Part shown: one piece after another, positions 56,366 through 64,000 of the stretch
How positions within the stretch are numbered: the first letter of the stretch is position 1
How the letters are laid out: each line of letters begins with the position of its first letter
From: Owenia fusiformis
Lineage: Eukaryota
NCBI GenBank assembly: GCA_903813345.2
Contig: CAIIXF020000001.1
Location: 1,984,001-2,048,000, forward strand
Direction: 5' to 3'
Length of the DNA stretch: 64,000 bases
The notes under the pieces: model-generated
What the model was told of the DNA's origin: nothing
Databases searched by the model: none
The model's input: only the letters and a program-made list of their open reading frames with translations
Made by a program: the position numbers and the translations under genes

Positions 56366-56439
56366 ATGTCATTCCATGGACTTAGCTATGATATTAGTGA
56401 TATACGCCTAAACATGGGCTCATCATTTGGGTACGCAAA
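56366..56439 (+). CDS. hb: Candidate proximal alternative first coding exon of hb (MSFHGLSYDISDIRLNMGSSFGYA-K)
   Basis: ATGs at 56366 and 56414 (aacATGg), open frame to donor aa|GTAAGT at 56440. Phase 2 matches the 58343 acceptor frame. CCAAT boxes and an Inr-like motif lie upstream. Confidence 0.5.
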
Positions 56440-58391
56440 GTAAGTCATTCAATATTATAAATGAATAATTATTGATATTAATAATACCGAATAATAATAA
56501 TGAAATTATTGTTGTTCTTATTTCAAACTATTTCCTGGCTTATTTTGGATTTTTGATGCTCTTGTATGAATGTGTTTTTTGGTTTATAAACAGAATATGG
56601 ACAGCATATAGATGTTACATCAATTTTTAAGAATTATATTGTGTTTAATGATCACAGATAAAAACACAGCTGGTAAATTGTACAAAAACAATTTTTATTA
56701 TTATTATATGATGGAGAAACTTTCCTGGCATGATAATTTCATATATTTTACAAACTGCACCAATTGACCTCAACTAAGTTTCTTCTGTAAATTCTTAAAC
56801 ATCTCATAAAGAAAAACTAGTGATTGCTGACTGATTGATTTATTAGGCTCCAGGAGTGATCATAATGACAGGTCCCCTGTTCTCCTATATAGGCAGGGGT
56901 TAATAGGTTACAACCCTGCAAGTAGTAACTATGAACCTAAAATATTAGAGCTTCCTTTCTACCTATAGCCTCCACAAAATTGTAATTGATTTTTCATGTT
57001 TTTTATCATGCTGTAAAATAAACCCCATAATTATAAGGCTAATGATACTAACTTTGACATAAAATTTGTACCTGATAACTCTCATGTTATTTTCACAGCT
57101 TGCTTTTCTGGTATTACCCTATGGTATTCTATTTACAGCAAGATCATGGCCCAAAATTACACTTTGCTTTTAGTAGACCTGAAGACGTGAATACCTAATG
57201 ACATTTTCTTGGAAAATTTTATTGAATCAAATTGATCTTGCTTGATGTTAATAATATTAACTTTTGTTTGTGAAATCATTTGTTCGCCAAAATTATTCTT
57301 GCTCAACACAGTTAAGAATGTTTGACTTGAATTTATGAATTAAAGATTTCCATAAAAAAATATTTTAATTTTTGCTTTTTGACATCAAATAATAGCCTAA
57401 TATTCTGAGCCATCATTATTTATGATTGTTAAACATACAAGCAATCAGTGTATCTAAATATTTTTTTCATCAAATACGTCAAGTGAAATATTGCTACCAT
57501 TGGGATGTTGCGTGGTTATTCTTAAAATAAAATTGACAAAATTGTTTTGTGTTGTAAAATCGTTATGATGCATCAGTGCTACTGTAAATCATTCATTATT
57601 AGAATGCAAATATTTTGTCATTGTTGCTCCATGCTTTAATATTACGGTTTTGTTATTTTGACATTCTTCCTGTGCGATTAAAAATACTCGTTTGAACACT
57701 TTGGTTACAGTATCAGAGAAAAGTAGGGTATATGAATCATATTATTATAAAAACAGTCAACTGTTATCATCATTAGCTAGAGACAATAACTTAAAAATAC
57801 TTTTACTATAACCTTTAAACTTTACTTGGTAGGAGGTGGTATCTCTTTAATTCTTTAAAATGATGAGTATTACACAGAAACATTTGAATTGCCAACTTAA
57901 TTTGCAAAATTATATCTGATAAATTCTGTAAGGCACTCTGGAAAACAGTTGGGAATGTCGGGGTGAGAAGAATAGGTTGATAAAATTAAATATGTTTTCT
58001 TTACATGTATATTCATTTGTAAAAACACTATTGTCTCTATTTTATATTCTGTTTAATTACATTTTGTGAAGAATTGTAAAATACTAACAGCTAAATAAAT
58101 AATATAGAGGACTAGAATTTATATGAATAAATCATTCATAAGCCTTCGATGATTTTATAAAAAGAACTTTAAAACTAATCATATTCAATTTGCAACACAA
58201 TAAAAAGTGAACTAATTGAATTCAGAGAGTTTCATTGAAGGCTGAAAACAACATCATCGTAGAGTAACAATGCATTATAAGGCAGCATTTGTGTTTATTA
58301 AGAACATTAATTAAATATGTTATTTTGTTTGTGTTTTTCTAGAAGTGATGCTGCTTGTCAGAATCAGGTATTTGTAATACGAGAAATCGGA

Positions 58392-59274
58392 ATGTCTTCA
58401 GAGGGCGCCACTACCACGGAGGTGAACCAGGGTTACCCTGGCAACGACTTCATGCACAGCAGCTCTAGCCATTCAGAGCACCCACATCCACAAGTGTCAG
58501 ACCCACCCAGCTCTAATGAATCAATGAGTCCACCTGAGCTTCGTGCCGCAGATGATATCACAAGTCCCGTCATGGAGAACGGAGACTACCAGAGTCCTAA
58601 CCCTAGTGCAGTGTACCGAGCAGAGGCCCGTGTGTTTCCTAATGAGAGAGCAAGCCAGGTCTACAATGAGATTGAGCAGAAGCTACGCGCTGATGGGGTA
58701 TCTACTGATCATGTAGTAGACAATATAGAGGGTTCAGAAAGACAGAGTGAATCAACAGAGCACGATCAGAGTGCAGAGAACATTTCATATCAAAAACATG
58801 ATCAAAGCAGTGAAGAAATTCCATACATGAAACACGCTCAGAGTCCAAATGACAATGCTTATCCAAAACATGACCAGAGCATTGATAATGTTTCATATAC
58901 GAAAAGTGATGTTCCTTCAAATTTCTCAGCTGAGCGTGAAGCCGAGAGCCCCGACTTGACAAGCCCTTTGGTGATGGCTGATCAAGACCGTGGAGGAAGC
59001 CCCGGGATGAGCTATTCCAGTGATACCCCCCATAATCACAGCATGTATGATGAAGATATGATGAGCGAGGACAGCTACACTCCCCCATCTTCTGTGGGTA
59101 GCGCCATGCAGATGAACCCAAGCCCTGGATCAATGTTGTCACCCAGAGGACCCGTTGGTAGTCCATGGAACCCAGAGGGCCAATACCCAGGGGTAGTTCC
59201 ACCAGGATTCCAGCACATGGTACCAGACGCAACTGGCAAAGAAATTTACTACTGCCATCTATGTAGCTACTCAG
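58392..59274 (+). CDS. hb: Hunchback, first common coding exon (exon begins at 58343; ATG at 58392). Disordered Ser/Pro/acidic N-terminus ending in the CxxC half of zinc finger NF1
   Basis: Acceptor tgtttttctAG (58341-42), long open frame ending ...KEIYYCHLCSYS, donor tcag|GTacta at 59275 (phase 1), which joins 60356 in frame to give CHLCSYSGNSKFHFNSHMNSH. The start codon is uncertain because 58343-58391 is also open in frame. Confidence 0.88.
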
Positions 59275-59539
59275 GTACTAAATCCCTTTCTTTGTATTTA
59301 TCGGTATGAACTTTTTTATCTTTCTGCATTTTAGTTAGCACCTTGAAGATTTCATTTAAGCTCTTTAGGTCCCATTTTTAGTTTGCTTGAATTAGAATAT
59401 TTCTTCTTTGATAGTTATAGAGTAAATTCAAGAATATAGAACAGTCTTATAGTTTCAAGATTGTTTCTTTAGATGATTAGTTGATTGAATGATTGCTTGA
59501 TTTTTCATTGTTTTCTGCATGATGACTTCACTATTGTAG

Positions 59540-59602
59540 GCCACTCTTCCAACGAATTGACAAGTCACATTGCTAAGCATGATAAGGATGAGATCAAACA
59601 TG
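59540..59602 (+). CDS. hb: Candidate 63-nt cassette exon encoding an alternative second half of zinc finger NF1 (G-HSSNELTSHIAKHDKDEIKH)
   Basis: ctattgtAG|GCCAC...AAACATG|GTaatt, phase 1 at both ends, no stop. Spliced to 59274 it gives C-x2-C-x12-H-x3-H with Leu at the canonical hydrophobic position. Confidence 0.6.
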
Positions 59603-60355
59603 GTAATTCACCCGCCTCTGCAAATAACAGAATGACCCATCCCTGGCTAATAACATTTATGTACTTGCATGCTAACAGTACATTATACCTATGTGTTATA
59701 CCCCCTAAAATGACTAATTGAATTTCAGGTCCCCATACTAATAATAAAAATGTATTTGGATGTCACGGGTAAACAATAATATGATGACCTTGCTAATACC
59801 TGAATAAGGGACCTGTCAACATTGGCTAACAACTGATCGAGGGATCAGTCAACATCTCCATGGAAAGATTAGTTTTCATAATTGACATTATTATAATGAT
59901 TACTTACTAACTTTTTAATTTTTCAGATTCATTGGAACATAGTCTTCACATTATGGTTCATTGTTTCATATTTATTATATTTTGTACCCATAACAGCCCA
60001 TCAGCATTAAAAGCTATTACAACTTTGACCTACATCTTTAAAATCATAAAATAACATTAAGTAACAATTATTTTATTGTGACATGGAACTAATTGATAGA
60101 AGTGAGTTAGATACTGATCTGGTTATGGAAATAAAATATATTTAATCATAGAACAGATTTAAAAAGTATAAAGACATTCTTATAGTATTAAGTACACAAG
60201 AAGACAATATATGATAATATGTGGCGTTCAATTCATTATTTATCAGGGCATGCAGAAATCGCATCTCTTAGTTAAGGCTGAAAGTCTGCAGTTGTACATA
60301 CCATCATATAAACAAAGGGAAACATTTAATTCATGTTCATTTTATGTATTTACAG

Positions 60356-60585
60356 GGAACTCTAAATTCCACTTCAACTCTCACATGAACTCCCACTTTG
60401 AACATAGATGTCCCCACTGTGACTACACATCTCGCACTGAAGGTCGTTTGAAGCGCCACATCAAAGATTTCCACAGTGATGACCCACCAGATAGCTTTTC
60501 TGGACAGCCACGTCACATCGTGCGTACTCCTGGACGACCCAAGGTGTTCCGTTGCAAGCAATGTGAATTTACATCTGTAGATAAG
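60356..60585 (+). CDS. hb: Hunchback coding exon: second half of NF1, NF2 (CPHCDYTSRTEGRLKRHIKDFH) and first half of MF1 (CKQC)
   Basis: Acceptor tatttacAG (60354-55), donor aag|GTatga at 60586 (phase 0). NF2 resembles the N-terminal fingers of non-Drosophila Hb proteins. Confidence 0.93.
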
Positions 60586-60829
60586 GTATGACTAAACATA
60601 AATAATGGCCTTGTGTTTTTTTTCTATTTCGTCACTATATAATTACTGTGTACTTTACCTTATTATCCCCCACAGTAATTTCTTTTGTTTACTAGTTTTT
60701 CTTTGCATTATTTATATGAATCATATCAATAGTTATGAAGTATTAAAAACCAGTGTCTTATGAAATATATCTTTTGTGATGCAAACCAAAGCAATTAAAT
60801 AATAAAATTGTAATTTTGTGTGATTGTAG

Positions 60830-63052
60830 ATTGAGTTTTGGGAGCATTCACGTAAACACATCAAGGCAGACAAGGTCCTCCAATGCCCCAAGTGTCCATT
60901 TGTCACCGAGTACAAACATCATCTAGAGTACCATCTACGTAATCATTTTGGATCTAAGCCGTTCAAGTGTCCAAAATGCAACTACTCATGCGTGAACAAG
61001 TCCATGTTGAACTCCCATCTTAAATCGCATAGTAACGTATACCAATATAGATGCGCTGATTGTACCTATGCTACCAAATACTGCCACAGCCTGAAGTTGC
61101 ATCTCCGCAAATATAACCACAAGCCAGCCACAGTCCTGACCACCGATGGCAGTCTACCCATGGATGGATCCGGTGATTTCAATCTTGTTGCTAAGCGTGG
61201 TCCCCCTAGAGGACCCAGGGGGATGAAGTCGGGCCAGGAGAGCAAGACGCCACCCCAAATGCCGATACCACCTGCAGGGTTAATGAACATGCCACAGATG
61301 TCAAAGGTTGTCCCACCTCACATGAACGCAAGGGTTGGTGGTATGATGCCTCCATTTTGGAACTTGATGCATATGAATGGGATGGCCCCTCCTCCCCTGA
61401 TCCCCATGCCTGGTATGATGCATCCATCCAATGAGAAGATGTTCGCAAAGTTGGCCGCCTCGTTACCTCTCAAATGCACCGTATGTGAGTTTGTTGGTGA
61501 ATCCCGTGAATCCCTCACTGAGCACATGCTGAAGGTACATGCAGCCGGTGAGAATTCAGATCTCCTGCGTATGTTTAATGTCTCCTCTGATTCGCTGATG
61601 GAAGAAGCCAAGAAGGCTGCAGAGATGGCAATCAAGACTGAACCCAAAGATGATGGTCCCACCCCCATGAAACAAAGCCCTGAGTCTATGCACCATCAGG
61701 CATCTCCTCGTGATGGCAGCTCTGCTCCCCATCTGTCTCCCCATGCTATGTACAGGTCCCCACCAATGGAGGCAATGCGCCACCATCTTCCAAGTGGAAT
61801 CACGGGTCTCAACAGTGAACTTGAAAGCCTGGCCAGAATGACCATGCAGCTCACAAAGGCAGAACCTAGAGCCCGACTTCCCATCCCTCAGCTACCTCCC
61901 CACATGATGCAGCAGCAACGTAGCCCTGCCGCCCCCATCCAAACCCCTCGTCCTCAGACCAACAGTGAGGCACCACTAGACCTGACAGCCAAGCCCAGAG
62001 ATGATGAACAGCCTTCCCCACGCCAGCCACATGATGATCAACCATCACCTAGATACCCACATGACATGAGGCACCAGCAGGAGACATACAGTTCAGGTGA
62101 TACATCTTTTGCTGCACATATGCTTGGCTTAGAGGGTTTGAAACGGGCTAGAGTAGAGGAGAAAGGTGGCATGAGTGAAGGGGGTGCTGGTTTTAATTCT
62201 GCTTCTTCTTCGGGGCTTGCTTCGCCTCCAGCTCGCAAACGCTCCCGCAAGGGAAAGGCTTACAAGCTTGACACGCTCTGCTTACGTCTTCAAGAGCGTG
62301 GTACTAACTCTCCCGAGGCTTCAGGTGATGAAGAGCCCCAGGATGCTGCTTCTGCTTCAGCTAGTCATAGTTCTACTAGTCAGACTAACACCACCATTCA
62401 CGCATCTAATCAGCCCTCTGCCATTTCAGGTTCAGAGGCAGAGTCTGACTCCAAGCCAGCCAACACCAGCTCTGATGAGCCTATTGATTATAACGAGATT
62501 CACAACAGTCTCAGTCAATTGAACAATGAGTCCCCAGAGGTTGGTGAGAAATTCAACCTTGCCCCTCGTGCGGCTACCAGTATTCGCAACCCCCTCTCCA
62601 TCAAGAATGCCCCCAAAGAGCCCAGCGCTGAGGAAAGTGCCGCTGAGGCTGCTGCAACTGAGGTCAAGCAGCACTATGATCATCGCAAATCTATGATCAT
62701 GCGCCACAAGGAGACAGAGGCTCCCATGAATGGACATCCCCACTACCCTCACACCCACCCCCATCTGCCACCACAACATCTCCAGAGGGAGCCACCAAGC
62801 ATGGGTGACGTGAATCAGAACCTGCATATGCTGTTAGCATCCAGTAAATTCCCCAATGGATTCCACCCAGCCAAGAATGGTGGTCGTTACGAGTGCTCCT
62901 TCTGTCACCTTGCATTCTTGGACTGTGTCATGTACACCATGCATATGGGTTACCATAGCAACAGGGACCCATTCCGATGTAACATGTGTGGGGTTCACAC
63001 CAAGGACAAAGTAGAATTCTTCTTACATATAGCAAGAGCTGCCCATGCGTAA
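60830..63052 (+). CDS. hb: Hunchback last coding exon: MF1-MF4 DNA-binding fingers, C-box, extra finger, PLDLT motif, basic box, two C-terminal dimerisation fingers, TAA stop
   Basis: Acceptor gattgtAG (60828-29). Translation gives [77 protein letters not shown], the diagnostic Hb central fingers. It also contains [12 protein letters not shown] and the C-terminal [32 protein letters not shown]. Confidence 0.97.
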   Translation: MEFWEHSRKHIKADKVLQCPKCPFVTEYKHHLEYHLRNHFGSKPFKCPKCNYSCVNKSMLNSHLKSHSNVYQYRCADCTYATKYCHSLKLHLRKYNHKPATVLTTDGSLPMDGSGDFNLVAKRGPPRGPRGMKSGQESKTPPQMPIPPAGLMNMPQMSKVVPPHMNARVGGMMPPFWNLMHMNGMAPPPLIPMPGMMHPSNEKMFAKLAASLPLKCTVCEFVGESRESLTEHMLKVHAAGENSDLLRMFNVSSDSLMEEAKKAAEMAIKTEPKDDGPTPMKQSPESMHHQASPRDGSSAPHLSPHAMYRSPPMEAMRHHLPSGITGLNSELESLARMTMQLTKAEPRARLPIPQLPPHMMQQQRSPAAPIQTPRPQTNSEAPLDLTAKPRDDEQPSPRQPHDDQPSPRYPHDMRHQQETYSSGDTSFAAHMLGLEGLKRARVEEKGGMSEGGAGFNSASSSGLASPPARKRSRKGKAYKLDTLCLRLQERGTNSPEASGDEEPQDAASASASHSSTSQTNTTIHASNQPSAISGSEAESDSKPANTSSDEPIDYNEIHNSLSQLNNESPEVGEKFNLAPRAATSIRNPLSIKNAPKEPSAEESAAEAAATEVKQHYDHRKSMIMRHKETEAPMNGHPHYPHTHPHLPPQHLQREPPSMGDVNQNLHMLLASSKFPNGFHPAKNGGRYECSFCHLAFLDCVMYTMHMGYHSNRDPFRCNMCGVHTKDKVEFFLHIARAAHA

Positions 63053-64000
63053 CTTTGTTCACCTTGCACAATGTAGACTGGACTAAGTCAAATCAAATGA
63101 CTGATATGATGGGACATTCAACTGTTATTTATATGAAGGAGCTGCCAAAAGAATTAATATTATAAACATTCATCTTAACTGACACTTAGGTGCTTGATGG
63201 TGTCAAGATGCTCGATGGTACAGATTGCTTGTTAGGCTACAGTGAATTAAAAAGCAGTGTTTCTATGCCAGAAAATATGTATATATTCTTTATAATAGAA
63301 GAACATGTAAATATAACGTAGGCTCTCTCCCTTTAAAGCATAGATCTTTGCCTTTTCTAACTGGGTCAAAGTGAGTACAGTAAAATATACAAGTACATGT
63401 TTTAATTCAGCTCTCAAAATGCAGTCTGAAAAGGTGAGAGATCCACTCAGTTATTTAATCAAGTGGCCTATTGCATCCTGTAGTCTGCCCCTTTGCTTCA
63501 TGTTTGCCATAAGTTATAGAAATTAGTCATCCAAGCTGTAATTTTCATTCCATGGGTCCGTAAATGACGCATGTTTACGAGTATGAAAATATCACGAAAC
63601 ATTGTTTATTTAGATAGCCATGTTATTGCTGCCACCGTATGATATGTAATTACCATAGTGCATAGTGTAGTGTAGACATACAATTGTATTTATAGTGTAT
63701 TTCACTCATGTTTTAGTGTTCTTATGTATATCTATGAACAGGTAACATATGTATAATTTAATCCATAATTGAACAGATAAGTTTAGACATATTGTTGGGC
63801 ATAGTGAATTTGATGTATGCTTTCGCTTTATGATTCACAATTTTGATCGAAATGAAGTTAACTGGTTTAAGCATTACCCGGTGGATGTTATAGCATTTAA
63901 TATGCTAATTGATGTATTTCTACATTGTAAATAGTAGAATTAGTTCGCTTGTTAGGTGTTCTTTAGTAAATGATAAAAAGTAAAATTGCAGAGTCATAAA
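63053..64000 (+). promoter_or_regulatory. hb 3'UTR, probably continuing past the window, with Pumilio-binding elements
   Basis: Follows the TAA stop. TGTATATA at 63278, TGTAAATA at 63306, ATTGTAAATA at 63924. No AATAAA seen before 64000. Confidence 0.75.

Noticed and set aside
58317-58342. ORF-track start MLFCLCFS as the Hb N-terminus
   Set aside because: It is the polypyrimidine tract and AG of the acceptor, so it is intronic.
60992-60994. ORF-track start of the 686-aa ORF
   Set aside because: It is a GTG (Val) inside finger MF3. The frame is open back to the acceptor at 60830.
61892-61898. let-7 seed match CTACCTC (compare let-7 regulation of C. elegans hbl-1)
   Set aside because: It lies in the CDS within Leu-Pro codons. 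No let-7 or miR-125 seed match was seen in the visible 3'UTR, although the UTR may extend beyond the window.
58702-62915. Antisense and alternative-frame ORFs overlapping hb
   Set aside because: Shadow ORFs expected from GC-richer coding sequence, with no recognisable domains.

Overview
AT-rich, CpG-depleted eukaryotic (animal) genomic DNA; the protein and composition suggest a lophotrochozoan invertebrate such as a mollusc or annelid, which is an inference. The only recognisable gene is hunchback (hb) on the + strand at the right end. Its core coding exons are 58392-59274, 60356-60585 and 60830-63052, all joined by GT-AG introns in consistent phase. They encode 1111 aa with nine C2H2 fingers (2 N-terminal, 4 central, 1 extra, 2 C-terminal), a PLDLT CtBP motif and the Hb basic box. 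The 3'UTR carries Pumilio/Nanos-type elements. The preceding ~58 kb has no credible protein-coding gene and looks like hb's regulatory and 5'-leader domain. It holds several candidate alternative first exons, an 89-bp x41 satellite with higher-order duplications, a GC-rich MITE with a target-site duplication, and CpG-retaining islands rich in homeodomain sites. Most notable observation: a 63-nt, frame-preserving (phase 1-1) candidate cassette exon (59540-59602) sits in the intron that splits zinc finger 1 and encodes a complete alternative C-terminal half of that finger, so splicing could swap its recognition helix. Three distant ATG-bearing mini-exons (42.1, 52.4, 56.4 kb) would also each splice in frame to give different Hb N-termini.
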